Source of the DNA: a virus
Reading direction: 5' to 3' (one strand)
Virus record (IMG/VR): IMGVR_UViG_3300027754_000042
Length of the DNA stretch: 64,000 nt
The notes beneath the pieces are model-generated. The model was not told the DNA's origin. It saw nothing but the letters and a program-made list of their open reading frames with translations, and did not search any database. The position numbers and the translations under genes were made by a program. Positions within the stretch are counted from its first letter, which is position 1, and each line of letters begins with the position of its first letter. This document shows, piece by piece, positions 1 through 9,463 of the stretch.

Positions 1-29
1 TAGAAAGAAAAGGTAGGGAGACAAATAAT

Positions 30-638
30 ATGCCCTTTAATGTTAATACATTCGCTTCGCTAGGACTTCCGTATGGTGGCGCAAGAGCATCTCTTTTCGA
101 GGTGTTCTTGACACTACCACAGGGCCTTTCAAATCCTACGGCAGAAGCACAGTTTCGATTTGTCTGTAAAGCCTCGTCGATTCCACAATCAACAGTAGGG
201 CAAATTGAAGTGCCCTACTTCGGTCGCAAAGTTAAAATGGCTGGTAATAGAACATTTGATAATTGGACCGTAACTATTATGAACGACGAAGATTTTGAAA
301 TGCGTCATGCGTTCGAAGAATGGTCAGCAGCAATTAATAGTCATGTAAATAATCTTCGTGACTCTGCTCTTATCTTTGAATCTGGACAGGCAGCATATCG
401 CTCACGCGCTACTGTTCGTCACTACGCAAAGACAGGTGTATATGGTTCTGGTACAGCAGCCGGTGATGCAGCTATTCCAACACGCCAATACACATTCAAT
501 AACATCTTCCCTCTAAACATTTCAAACATTGATCTAAACTGGGAAACAACAGACGCGATTGAAGAATTTACCGTGGAGTTCGCATACGATTATTGGACAG
601 TTGAGGCTGATCTACTCGGCAACTTGATTGACAATTAA
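30..638 (+). CDS. gp19: Tail tube protein (T4 gp19-like)
   Basis: Motifs CKASSIPQSTVGQIEVPYFGRKVKMAGNRTFDNWTVT and IEEFTVEFAYDYW; lies directly upstream of the portal gene. Confidence 0.95.
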   Translation: MPFNVNTFASLGLPYGGARASLFEVFLTLPQGLSNPTAEAQFRFVCKASSIPQSTVGQIEVPYFGRKVKMAGNRTFDNWTVTIMNDEDFEMRHAFEEWSAAINSHVNNLRDSALIFESGQAAYRSRATVRHYAKTGVYGSGTAAGDAAIPTRQYTFNNIFPLNISNIDLNWETTDAIEEFTVEFAYDYWTVEADLLGNLIDN

Positions 639-687
639 GATCGCTTTAGTTTTCCTATATAATTGATTAGACCTTGAAGGAAAATAA

Positions 688-2529
688 ATGGCGATTGAAC
701 TTTTTGGATTCCGTATTGGGAAAGCAGACGATGGTACTGAGGTCAAACAGGCCGAACAGATACCTTCGTTTGCTCCTCCACCAAATACCGATGGTGCGCT
801 TGAAGTAGCGCCTGGCGGCGCATACGGCACTTACGTCGATTTCGAAGGTACTGCAAAAAGCGAAGCGGATCTAGTAACCCGCTATCGCGAAATGGCGTTG
901 TATCCGGAAGTAGAAGCAGCCATTGATGATATCGTCAATGAAGCAATCATCACTGATGATAATGCTGAACCCGTATCGCTGGATATGGATGATTTAAAAC
1001 AACCAGAATCAATCAAAAAGAAAATTGAAGAAGAGTTCAAGACAGTCCTTGAGCTATTGGACTTTTCTAATCTTGCTTACGATATCTTCCGTCGTTGGTA
1101 TGTTGATGGGCGCATGTTCTATCACATCATGGTAGACGTAAAGAATCCACGCGCAGGTATCCAAGAACTTCGCTACATTGACCCAAGACGCATTCGCAAG
1201 ATTCGCCAGCCAATCAAGCGCACACCAATCGTTGGTACCAATGCGAAGCTTATCGTTCCACCATACGAAGAATACTTCCTTTATAACGTAGCGGGTCTTC
1301 AGTCTGGTACAGCCACACAAGGCGTAAAGATTGCTAAGGATTCTATCTGCTACACACACAGTAGCATTATGGATCATCGTAATCGTATGGTCCTTTCTCA
1401 CCTTCACAAAGCAATCAAACCACTCAATCAGTTGCGTATGTTGGAAGATGCGGTAGTTATCTATCGCCTCGCTCGCGCACCCGAGCGTCGCATTTTCTAT
1501 ATTGACGTTGGTAACTTGCCTAAAGCAAAAGCCGAGCAGTATGTCCGTGATATGATGGTTCGTCATAAGAACCGTCTTGTCTATAATGCTGAAACTGGTG
1601 ACGTACAAGATACCCGTAAGTTCATGACAATGTTGGAAGACTATTGGCTTCCCCGTCGTGAAGGTGGTCGTGGTACTGAAATTACTACACTACCAGGTGG
1701 TGAAAACCTTGGGCAGATGGACGATGTTGAATACTTCCGTAAGAAACTCTATAAGTCACTAGCCGTTCCTGTGTCTCGTCTTGAGCCAGAAGGCACATTC
1801 TCTATGGGTCGTCAAGGAGAAATTACTCGTGACGAAGTAAAATTTGCTAAGTTCATTGATCGTCTACGTCACAAGTTTGCTCATCTGTTTGACCATCTTC
1901 TAGAAATTCAGCTCGTTCTCAAGGGTGTAATGACCCGTGAAGAGTGGAAAGAATTGAAGAACGATATCCGCTATGATTTCCAACGCGATAACTATTATTC
2001 AGAAATGAAGGAACAGGAAGTTCTTAACCAGCGTCTTGCAACTCTACAAGTCGTTGATAATTACGTTGGTAAATATTATTCTGTCGAGTGGATCCGTAAG
2101 CACGTTCTTCGTCAGACTGAGGAAGAAATCAAAGAAATGGATAAACAAATTGCATCTGAACCAGATCCTCAGGCTAATGAAATGGAAATGCAGAAGCAAG
2201 ATCATCAACAGCAAATGCAAAAAACTCAGCAACAGATGGACATGCGAGACATGGAAATTAGAGGCAAAGAGTTGGATGTTAAAGCTGCTTCGCTAGGTTC
2301 TAAGAATGGTCCAGCTAATGTAAAACCGGCACCAGCAAAAACACAGAAAGTTGAGATCAAATTATCTGGTGATAAGAAAGCCTCTGTCAAGAAAGAAGAA
2401 TACGAACCGTTTGTGCCAAAGCCTCTTACCGAAGAAGATAAACGTCTTATTGAAAGAATGACTGCGGTTATGGAACACGTGGCACATGAGGACCTTGAAG
2501 AAGTGGAAGAGATCAAGGATGCCATCTAA
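688..2529 (+). CDS. gp20: Portal vertex protein (T4 gp20-like) with extended C-terminal tail
   Basis: Conserved gp20 motifs YRLARAPERRIFYIDVGNLPK and EDYWLPRREGGRGTEITTLPGG. Confidence 0.97.
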   Translation: MAIELFGFRIGKADDGTEVKQAEQIPSFAPPPNTDGALEVAPGGAYGTYVDFEGTAKSEADLVTRYREMALYPEVEAAIDDIVNEAIITDDNAEPVSLDMDDLKQPESIKKKIEEEFKTVLELLDFSNLAYDIFRRWYVDGRMFYHIMVDVKNPRAGIQELRYIDPRRIRKIRQPIKRTPIVGTNAKLIVPPYEEYFLYNVAGLQSGTATQGVKIAKDSICYTHSSIMDHRNRMVLSHLHKAIKPLNQLRMLEDAVVIYRLARAPERRIFYIDVGNLPKAKAEQYVRDMMVRHKNRLVYNAETGDVQDTRKFMTMLEDYWLPRREGGRGTEITTLPGGENLGQMDDVEYFRKKLYKSLAVPVSRLEPEGTFSMGRQGEITRDEVKFAKFIDRLRHKFAHLFDHLLEIQLVLKGVMTREEWKELKNDIRYDFQRDNYYSEMKEQEVLNQRLATLQVVDNYVGKYYSVEWIRKHVLRQTEEEIKEMDKQIASEPDPQANEMEMQKQDHQQQMQKTQQQMDMRDMEIRGKELDVKAASLGSKNGPANVKPAPAKTQKVEIKLSGDKKASVKKEEYEPFVPKPLTEEDKRLIERMTAVMEHVAHEDLEEVEEIKDAI

Positions 2530-2531
2530 CC

Positions 2532-3818
2532 ATGGAAGAGCTGGAAAAAGCTAAACTCCTTGCCGTTGCACAAAAGATTGCAAAATCCGAAGTTGCCGAA
2601 GTTCGCAATGAGTTAATAGAACAAATCAATAAAATTCAATCAATTACTCCTGCGTCTGGTATTCCCGGGCGGGGGATTATTGACGTTGCACTAATTGAAG
2701 AGGAGTTAGTTCTTCAATTCAACGACGGATCATTTGCAAATCTTGGGCGCATAATCGGTGAGCAAGGCATCCAAGGAATTCGCGGAGATCAAGGTTTACA
2801 AGGCAAGCAGGGTATCACTGGTGAGCAAGGTATTCAAGGTGAGCAGGGTATTCCTGGAATTCAAGGCGAGCAAGGTATTCAAGGAGATAAAGGTAACCGT
2901 GGGGATCAAGGACCTCGCGGTGAAAAGGGAGAGAAGGGAGATACCGGTGACAGAGGCGAACAAGGAATTCCTGGTAAACGCGGAGAACGCGGAGAACAAG
3001 GACCAGCAGCTATTGACGGAGCCGCTGGACGTGATGGAGCAAAAGGCGCAACAGGAGCGCGAGGGGATCAAGGTCTTCCTGGCAGAGATGGCAAAGACGG
3101 AAAGAGCGGCAAAGACGGGCTAGCAGGACCAAAAGGTGATAAGGGAGATGCAGGAGAAAAAGGTGATAAAGGTGATCCTGGCTCTGACGCAGAAGTATCT
3201 AAACTAGAAAAGAAACTAAGTGAATTTAGTGAACAGGTTGATAAGAGACTATCAAAGGTAGCTTTCAATGTGGCTGCTAAAGGCGGTCCTGCTGGTTCTG
3301 GTGAAGTTAAGCTTTATCGCTTAGACGATGTTGATTACACTAGTGTTCGCGCACCAACAAATGGGCAAGCACTTGTTTGGAATGTGTCTGTTGGGAAATG
3401 GGCAGCTGGTACTATTGCTGCTAGTAGTGGTGGTGGAAATACTGGAGGCGGTGGTACAACTAATGTCTCATCATATCTTCAAGTAGCTAATGCTAATGCA
3501 AAGTTTGCTACCAAAGCATATGCAGCAGCAAACTCGTATGTTAAATCTACATTAGCAAATACCAATTCTTATATCGCAACTAAAGCTTCGTGGTCTTCTC
3601 TTACTGCAACCAACACCGCAGTTCGCGCACTTGCAATAACAAAGCTTGCTGTTGCAAACGCATTTAGTTCGCTTACCAAGTATGCAGCAAATACAGGAAC
3701 AATTACCGTAAGAACAGATGATGTAAAAATAAACGACGCGATTCCTATCAACCCTGCTGGGCTATTGGCTATCGTTTTGCCAGACGGAACCACGGTAAAG
3801 ATTCCATATTGGACATAA
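2532..3818 (+). CDS. Collagen-like (Gly-X-Y) virion fibre/decoration protein
   Basis: Long uninterrupted G-X-Y tract, an LDDVD...GQALVW fibre motif and an Ala/Asn/Thr-rich C-terminus. Confidence 0.8.
   Translation: MEELEKAKLLAVAQKIAKSEVAEVRNELIEQINKIQSITPASGIPGRGIIDVALIEEELVLQFNDGSFANLGRIIGEQGIQGIRGDQGLQGKQGITGEQGIQGEQGIPGIQGEQGIQGDKGNRGDQGPRGEKGEKGDTGDRGEQGIPGKRGERGEQGPAAIDGAAGRDGAKGATGARGDQGLPGRDGKDGKSGKDGLAGPKGDKGDAGEKGDKGDPGSDAEVSKLEKKLSEFSEQVDKRLSKVAFNVAAKGGPAGSGEVKLYRLDDVDYTSVRAPTNGQALVWNVSVGKWAAGTIAASSGGGNTGGGGTTNVSSYLQVANANAKFATKAYAAANSYVKSTLANTNSYIATKASWSSLTATNTAVRALAITKLAVANAFSSLTKYAANTGTITVRTDDVKINDAIPINPAGLLAIVLPDGTTVKIPYWT
2757..3185 (+). repeat. Collagen Gly-X-Y coding repeat
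   Basis: GEQGIQ/GDKG triplet repeats in the translation; 9- and 18-nt periodicity in the DNA. Confidence 0.9.
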
Positions 3819-3833
3819 ATATTCATGAGTTTT

Positions 3834-3841
3834 TATAAATA
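3834..3841 (+). promoter_or_regulatory. T4-type late promoter
   Basis: TATAAATA in the intergenic gap upstream of the prohead core genes. Confidence 0.8.
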
Positions 3842-3864
3842 GATTATTATAGAAAGGTTTAATT

Positions 3865-4062
3865 ATGGAAGAGATTCAACAAGCAATTCAAGCAGCCGCT
3901 TCATCAGATGCCAACGCATTTCGCGAGCATATTGGTGCTGCATTGTCTGCAAAGATTTCAGACGCTCTTGATCTGAGACGAATCGAAATTGCGTCCAACA
4001 TGCTTGCACCTCAAGAAGAGGCTTTAGAAGATCAGGAGATCGTATCAGATGAAGACGTTTAA
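3865..4062 (+). CDS. Prohead core protein (gp67-like)
   Basis: Small acidic helical protein between portal and protease; assigned by synteny. Confidence 0.65.
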   Translation: MEEIQQAIQAAASSDANAFREHIGAALSAKISDALDLRRIEIASNMLAPQEEALEDQEIVSDEDV

Positions 4063-4627
4063 GCAACTCCGCGAAGCGGTAACAAAGAAAGATGCAGAAT
4101 CTGATGCTCTAAAGCCTCGTGCTAAGGGTGAACAAAATTTTGCAAATGCACATGCACAAACAGTAACAGATTACCCAGCAGAAGGCGATGCTTTTGAGAC
4201 CGACGACAAGATTGCAAAATCAAAGCATCATGGTGTAGGTGGTGAGCGTAGTGTTATCAAGCAGGGCACATCGGACCTAGCAGATAAGTCTGGCTTCAAG
4301 GGGCAACAAACAAAGACACGCGCAAACGCCACAAATGCGTCTAGCGATAAGACACCAATCCGTGGTCCATCATCCGTGCAAGCGTATGCGGAAGAAGTAT
4401 TCAGCGAGCGTTCTACCATCACAGAATCAAGCGAAGACACATATGAGATCGAGCTTGAAAATGGTGACGTTGTAGAGGTAAACGAAGAAACACTTGATAT
4501 CATTACCGATACTTACTCAAGACTAAATGTTGAAAATCAGGAAATGTTCCGTGATATGATTAACCAGAGCGCCGATTCATTCTCAACGATTATGGATTTC
4601 GTTGCTTCAAACGTAGAAGTGGAGTAA
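4049..4627 (+). CDS. Putative prohead core / internal head protein
   Basis: MKTFKQLRE N-terminus typical of T4-like head-targeted proteins; lies in the head module. Confidence 0.55.
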   Translation: MKTFKQLREAVTKKDAESDALKPRAKGEQNFANAHAQTVTDYPAEGDAFETDDKIAKSKHHGVGGERSVIKQGTSDLADKSGFKGQQTKTRANATNASSDKTPIRGPSSVQAYAEEVFSERSTITESSEDTYEIELENGDVVEVNEETLDIITDTYSRLNVENQEMFRDMINQSADSFSTIMDFVASNVEVE

Positions 4628-4630
4628 CTC

Positions 4631-5044
4631 ATGGCTGCTAATAACGAAGGCATTATGAACAAGCAAACCAAAGGTGGTTGGATTATTGCTAAGTTTCATA
4701 ACAGCGGCGGAATCAAACCAAATGCGGTAGACGCAACGACAAACGGCACTCCAGTATGGGGTGCTAATTCTGCTGGTGAAACAGTTCGTTCAATGAATAT
4801 TATTTCAGCCGAAGTTAATTGTGGTGGTGCTAATAATGTGTATTTTGAAATCAAGCGCGGCGCAAGCATGGTTCTTGTCCTTTCTGGTCAAGCTTATCAC
4901 GATTTATCAGATAGTCGTTTGATTGACAATACAACCGCAATGTCAACGTCAAACGTGACAGTTACCAAAGTAAATACTGGTCCCGGCACTCTTATTTTAA
5001 AATTACATAAGACAGTAGCTATTTCAGGGGGCTCTGCTTACTAA
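4631..5044 (+). CDS. Hypothetical virion structural protein
   Basis: Intact ORF with a GGAG RBS; stop overlaps the gp21 start. Confidence 0.55.
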   Translation: MAANNEGIMNKQTKGGWIIAKFHNSGGIKPNAVDATTNGTPVWGANSAGETVRSMNIISAEVNCGGANNVYFEIKRGASMVLVLSGQAYHDLSDSRLIDNTTAMSTSNVTVTKVNTGPGTLILKLHKTVAISGGSAY

Positions 5045-5700
5045 TGAAGCTAATCTGTGAACTAAACGAAAGCGATATTCAAATCGTAACAGAGGCTACC
5101 GAGTCTGGTGAAAAGAACTTCTACATCGAAGGCATTTTCATGCAAGCTGGTATTCAAAACAAAAACGGTCGAGTTTATCCCGTTGATGTTGTCTCACGCG
5201 AAGTCGATAGGTACCGTGGTGCATATATCGACACTAACCGTGCATATGGTGAACTAGGCCATCCTGCAGGTCCAAACATTAATCTAGAGCGCGTATCACA
5301 CATGATAAAAGACCTTCATATGGAAGGTTCTAATGCTATTGGTCGTGCGAAGATCATGGACACACCATACGGTAAGATCGTCAAGGATCTTATGAAGGAA
5401 GGCGCCAATCTTGGTGTCTCGTCACGCGGTATGGGAACACTCACAAAGAGAAATGGTATCATGGAAGTAGGTAGCGATTTCTATCTTGCTACCGCTGCTG
5501 ATATCGTTGCTGATCCTTCTGCACCACAAGCGTTTGTTCGTGGTATCATGGAAGGCAAAGAATGGATTTGGGAAAACGGCGTTCTGCATGAACGCGAGAT
5601 TGCTGAGATTCGAGACGACATTGAAGACGGTTATGCTACCACTCGCAACAAAGAAGAGGTAATGATTGAGGCTTTTAAAAAGTTCTTATCAAAACTCTGA
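5044..5700 (+). CDS. gp21: Prohead protease (gp21)
   Basis: Motifs AYGELGHP, GVSSRGMG and DIVADPSAP. Confidence 0.95.
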   Translation: MKLICELNESDIQIVTEATESGEKNFYIEGIFMQAGIQNKNGRVYPVDVVSREVDRYRGAYIDTNRAYGELGHPAGPNINLERVSHMIKDLHMEGSNAIGRAKIMDTPYGKIVKDLMKEGANLGVSSRGMGTLTKRNGIMEVGSDFYLATAADIVADPSAPQAFVRGIMEGKEWIWENGVLHEREIAEIRDDIEDGYATTRNKEEVMIEAFKKFLSKL

Positions 5701-5703
5701 TTT

Positions 5704-5711
5704 TATAAATA
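5704..5711 (+). promoter_or_regulatory. T4-type late promoter
   Basis: TATAAATA upstream of gp22. Confidence 0.85.
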
Positions 5712-5747
5712 ACATAAGAAACATTTTTTGATAACACCTGAGGAGAA

Positions 5748-6845
5748 ATGAATATGTCAGTTCAGGACACAAATGTCGATAAGCTCGACGTACAAGAAGC
5801 AAAGAGAGCGAGCTTCGGCGTTAATGCTGAGGTTCCTGAGCCTACTGGAGCAAATGCATCACCTCCCGGTGGTTCACAGAATTCTGGTGATAGAACAAAC
5901 CCAATGCAGGGTTCTAGCGTTAAGCCATATACAAAGGTTGGTATGATTAACAATATGATCCAAGCTCTTTCAGGAATGAAGAAGGCCGAAGTATCCATGG
6001 CTTATGATTCATTCAATGGCGATAAGACAAACCCAATGCAGGGTTCATCTGTTAATCCAAAGGGTCGCATGGCTGAGTCCAAGATTGCCCGTCTAACAAA
6101 GGAAGACCTCGACGTGTCCGATGATATCAAGGCCATTTTTGAAGGCACCGACGTTTCTGCTGATTTCATTGCTCGCGCAACTGAAGTATTTGAAGCAGCC
6201 GTTCTAACCAAGGTCAATGAGCAGATTTCTGTTCTTGACGAAAGATTTGAATTGGCTCTATCCGAAGAAACAGAAAGCCTAGGCGAGTCACTAGTTGAGC
6301 GCGTAGACACATATCTTGACTATGTTGTTGAGAGTTGGATGGAAAATAATGCCGTTGCTGTAGAGCGCGGTCTAAAGGCTGAGATCGTAGAAGGTTTCAT
6401 GAAGGGTCTTAAGGATCTATTCACAGAACACTACATCGACATTCCAGATGAAGCCGTTGATGTAACCGAAGAACTAGCTGACCAGGTTGAAGTTCTCGAG
6501 GCTGTTATCAACGAAGAAATCGAAAAGAATATTGAGCTAACAGCTCAGATCAAAGAATTTGAGCGTGTAATTGCGTTCAATGAAGTTTCAGAAGGTCTTG
6601 CAGATACGCAGTACGCAAAACTACAATCGCTTTCTGAAGCAGTTGACTTCGATGACATTGAGTCATACCAGAAGAAGATTGCTACCCTTCGTGAGAGTTA
6701 CTTCCCAACAAGGGGTTCGGCCGGCCCCCTAAACGAAAGTGTAACACTCGATGAGGAACCAGTGGGCGAAGAAATCGCTGAAAAGCAGGTTCCAGGCGAA
6801 ATGGCTGCTTACATGTCTGCGATTACTCGCGGTATCAGAAAGTAA
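5748..6845 (+). CDS. gp22: Prohead scaffold protein (gp22)
   Basis: Acidic coiled coil with YLDYVVESW, LFTEHYIDIP and LRESYF; lies between gp21 and gp23. Confidence 0.93.
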   Translation: MNMSVQDTNVDKLDVQEAKRASFGVNAEVPEPTGANASPPGGSQNSGDRTNPMQGSSVKPYTKVGMINNMIQALSGMKKAEVSMAYDSFNGDKTNPMQGSSVNPKGRMAESKIARLTKEDLDVSDDIKAIFEGTDVSADFIARATEVFEAAVLTKVNEQISVLDERFELALSEETESLGESLVERVDTYLDYVVESWMENNAVAVERGLKAEIVEGFMKGLKDLFTEHYIDIPDEAVDVTEELADQVEVLEAVINEEIEKNIELTAQIKEFERVIAFNEVSEGLADTQYAKLQSLSEAVDFDDIESYQKKIATLRESYFPTRGSAGPLNESVTLDEEPVGEEIAEKQVPGEMAAYMSAITRGIRK

Positions 6846-6885
6846 GTTTTTATAACATTAGTTGAAATCAATAAGGAGAACTAAC

Positions 6886-8277
6886 ATGCAATCTCTGAAT
6901 GAACAAGTTCAGAAAAAGTGGCAGCCAGTCCTGGAGCATAATGACCTTGCTCCAATTCAGGACGCGCATCGCCGCTCAGTAGTAGCACAGCTTCTAGAAA
7001 ATCAGGAAAAGTCTGCTCGCGAACAAGGTTTTGGATCTGGTGGTTACCAGGCTCCATCACTACTAGGTGAAACAGCTCCAACAAACGCTATGGGTGCTTC
7101 GTCATCTTCAGCCGCAGCTGGTTCTATCGACACATTTGATCCAGTGCTTATCTCATTGGTTCGTCGTTCTATGCCTAACCTAATTGCGTATGATATCTGC
7201 GGCGTTCAGCCAATGACAGGTCCAACAGGACTTATCTTTGCAATGCGTTCACGTTACACATCACAGACTGGCACAGAAGCTCTCTTCAACGAGGCTAACA
7301 CAACCTTCTCTGCATCTGCTAAGGGTAATACAGCATCTTCATTCGTTGTTGCTAACACCTCAGTACGTTCACAGTCTGGTTCTGATCCAACTGGTCGTGT
7401 TACAGCCGGTGCTGCTGGCTATAACATGTCAACAGGTATGACTACTGCTCGTGCAGAAGCTCTTGGTGACGGTCGTGGTAACGATTTCCAGGAAATGGCA
7501 TTCAGCATTGAGAAGGTTGCTGTAACCGCAGTTAGCCGCGCTCTCAAGGCAGAATACACAATGGAACTTGCACAGGATCTTAAGGCCATTCACGGTCTTG
7601 ACGCTGAGCAGGAACTATCAAACATTCTTGCTGCTGAAATCCTTGCTGAAATCAACCGTGAAGTTGTTCGTACAATCAACTACACTGCTACAGCCGGCGC
7701 TCAGGAAAACGTAACTTCAACTGGTACGTTTAACCTAGACGTTGACTCTAACGGTCGTTGGATGGTAGAAAAGTTCAAGGGGCTATTGTTCCAGATTGAA
7801 CGCGAAGCTAACCAAATTGCCAAGGCAACTCGTCGTGGTAAGGGTAACGTAATCATCTGCGGTTCTGACGTAGCTTCGGCTCTTCAGATGGCAGGCGTTC
7901 TTGATTACACTCCAGCTCTTGCAAACAATCTAAACGTGGACGACACAGGCAATACCTTCGCTGGTGTTCTTGGTGGTCGTATCAAGGTTTACATTGATCC
8001 ATACTTCTCTTCTGCATCTGGTAAGCAGTATTTCACAATCGGCTATAAGGGCTCTTCAGCATTCGACGCTGGTCTGTTCTATTGCCCATACGTACCACTT
8101 CAGATGGTTCGTGCGGTTGGTGAAAACACCTTCCAGCCAAAGATCGGCTTCAAGACTCGTTACGGAATGGTTGCAAACCCATTTGCAACGACAGATGCCA
8201 CTGGTGCTATCGGTGCGTTCGGCGATGCCCGCGCAAACCTTTACTACCGCTTTGTGCAGGTCACAAACCTTATGTAA
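6886..8277 (+). CDS. gp23: Major capsid protein (gp23)
   Basis: Motifs GVQPMTGPTGLIFAMR, RALKAEYTMELAQDLKAIHGLDAE and FQPKIGFKTRYG; AAGGAG RBS precedes ATG 6886. Confidence 0.98.
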   Translation: MQSLNEQVQKKWQPVLEHNDLAPIQDAHRRSVVAQLLENQEKSAREQGFGSGGYQAPSLLGETAPTNAMGASSSSAAAGSIDTFDPVLISLVRRSMPNLIAYDICGVQPMTGPTGLIFAMRSRYTSQTGTEALFNEANTTFSASAKGNTASSFVVANTSVRSQSGSDPTGRVTAGAAGYNMSTGMTTARAEALGDGRGNDFQEMAFSIEKVAVTAVSRALKAEYTMELAQDLKAIHGLDAEQELSNILAAEILAEINREVVRTINYTATAGAQENVTSTGTFNLDVDSNGRWMVEKFKGLLFQIEREANQIAKATRRGKGNVIICGSDVASALQMAGVLDYTPALANNLNVDDTGNTFAGVLGGRIKVYIDPYFSSASGKQYFTIGYKGSSAFDAGLFYCPYVPLQMVRAVGENTFQPKIGFKTRYGMVANPFATTDATGAIGAFGDARANLYYRFVQVTNLM

Positions 8278-8334
8278 TAAAAACCTCGCTGATTCAAAGG
8301 CGAGGCAATACAAGACGGGTTCAAACCGCAAACT

Positions 8335-8362
8335 GGGAGGGCAGAAATGCTCTCCCTTTTTT
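8335..8362 (+). terminator. Rho-independent terminator after gp23
   Basis: GGGAGGGCA-GAAA-TGCTCTCCC followed by a T run. Confidence 0.85.
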
Positions 8363-8364
8363 AT

Positions 8365-8372
8365 TATAAATA
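8365..8372 (+). promoter_or_regulatory. T4-type late promoter (likely leaderless gp3 transcript)
   Basis: TATAAATA ends 5 nt before ATG 8378. Confidence 0.8.
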
Positions 8373-8377
8373 GTCGT

Positions 8378-8923
8378 ATGTCAGTATATCAGAATCAACC
8401 AGATAACATCAATATGCTCGGGCAAAATGGTTTTCAGTTTGCTATCAAGCGACTGCCAACCGTGAACTATTTTGCTCAAGCTGTTTCTATTCCAGCCATC
8501 TCTATGAATGCTATTGAGTCACCAACTCCATTTGCGTTTGTACCACGCCCAGGAGATAGATTGACTTATGATCCATTGTCTGTTACATTTAAGGTTGATG
8601 AGGATCTAAAGAACTATTTTGAAATTCAGAAGTGGCTTGTTGGTCTTGGGCACCCTGACGATCTTGGGCAGACACGCGACCTATCAAAAGACATTCGTAA
8701 TAACTCAGTTGGTTTTAGACCAGTTGGTAATGCAACAACATTCGTATCAGACGCAGTTCTTTCTGTCTTGACCAGTGCTAAGAATTTAAATATCAATATC
8801 TTCTTTTATGATTGCTTCCCAATCTCACTTACAGAACTAGCATTTACGTCTACCAATACAACAATTGATTATCTCGAAGCGACAGCGGTATTCAGATATC
8901 GTAAATATGCCCTAGACGAGTAA
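8378..8923 (+). CDS. gp3: Tail tube terminator / tail completion protein (gp3-like)
   Basis: Motifs PGDRLTYDPLSVTFKVDEDLKNYFEI and FYDCFPISL; gp23-gp3-uvsY synteny; start reassigned to ATG 8378. Confidence 0.85.
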   Translation: MSVYQNQPDNINMLGQNGFQFAIKRLPTVNYFAQAVSIPAISMNAIESPTPFAFVPRPGDRLTYDPLSVTFKVDEDLKNYFEIQKWLVGLGHPDDLGQTRDLSKDIRNNSVGFRPVGNATTFVSDAVLSVLTSAKNLNINIFFYDCFPISLTELAFTSTNTTIDYLEATAVFRYRKYALDE

Positions 8924-8948
8924 TAGACTGACCCGATACAACATCCTT

Positions 8949-8977
8949 ATTATACCTCAGATATAGTCGTTTGTCAA
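8949..8977 (-). promoter_or_regulatory. Consensus sigma70 promoter on the minus strand (antisense to gp3/gp23)
   Basis: Minus strand reads TTGACA-N17-TATAAT; near-identical copy at 40285-40313. Confidence 0.75.
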
Positions 8978-8990
8978 TACAAATAATGCA

Positions 8991-9019
8991 TTGACAAAGC
9001 TCAAACTTAATGGTATTAT
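8991..9019 (+). promoter_or_regulatory. Sigma70-type early/middle promoter of uvsY
   Basis: TTGACA-N17-TATTAT with extended TG. Confidence 0.8.
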
Positions 9020-9025
9020 ATACAT

Positions 9026-9463
9026 ATGAAACTTGAAGATATCCTTGAGAACTGGTCAAAAGACGCGCTATATGACGATCTTAACCTAGATCGCGATAGC
9101 CTCGCAATCTCTTCCCTTCACGCCAAATATATTCAAATCTTAGCCATTGAAAGGTCGCTTCTGAGATCATGCATGGCTAAGAAAAAAGGTCTGTATAAGG
9201 ACTTGCGTGAGTATTACCTTGGTTCACTAAACAATCCCGATGACCTCGAGCGCATGAGCCGTGAACCTTTTCTTCACAAGGTGTTGAAGAATGAGGTTCA
9301 TAACTATGTGGATTCTGATAGCGAATTGATGAAGCTAGACAACCGCATCTCTATGCAGGAAGAAAAGGTAGAGACACTAACCTCAATCATCAAAGCAATT
9401 CATCAGCGTGGTTATGATATCAAGTCCGCTATTGAGTGGAGAAAGTTCACGAATGGATTCTGA
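9026..9463 (+). CDS. uvsY: Recombination mediator UvsY
   Basis: LHAKY...EYY and C-terminal RGYDIKSAIEWRKF; precedes uvsW. Confidence 0.9.
   Translation: MKLEDILENWSKDALYDDLNLDRDSLAISSLHAKYIQILAIERSLLRSCMAKKKGLYKDLREYYLGSLNNPDDLERMSREPFLHKVLKNEVHNYVDSDSELMKLDNRISMQEEKVETLTSIIKAIHQRGYDIKSAIEWRKFTNGF

Noticed and set aside
8284-8328. Small hairpins between gp23 and its terminator as an ncRNA
   Set aside because: They are short stems in a 3' UTR, adequately explained as mRNA stability elements.
7964-8377. N-terminal extension of the gp3 ORF into gp23 (possible frameshift fusion)
   Set aside because: It crosses the gp23 terminator, and the late promoter and homology start at ATG 8378. No slippery site was identified.
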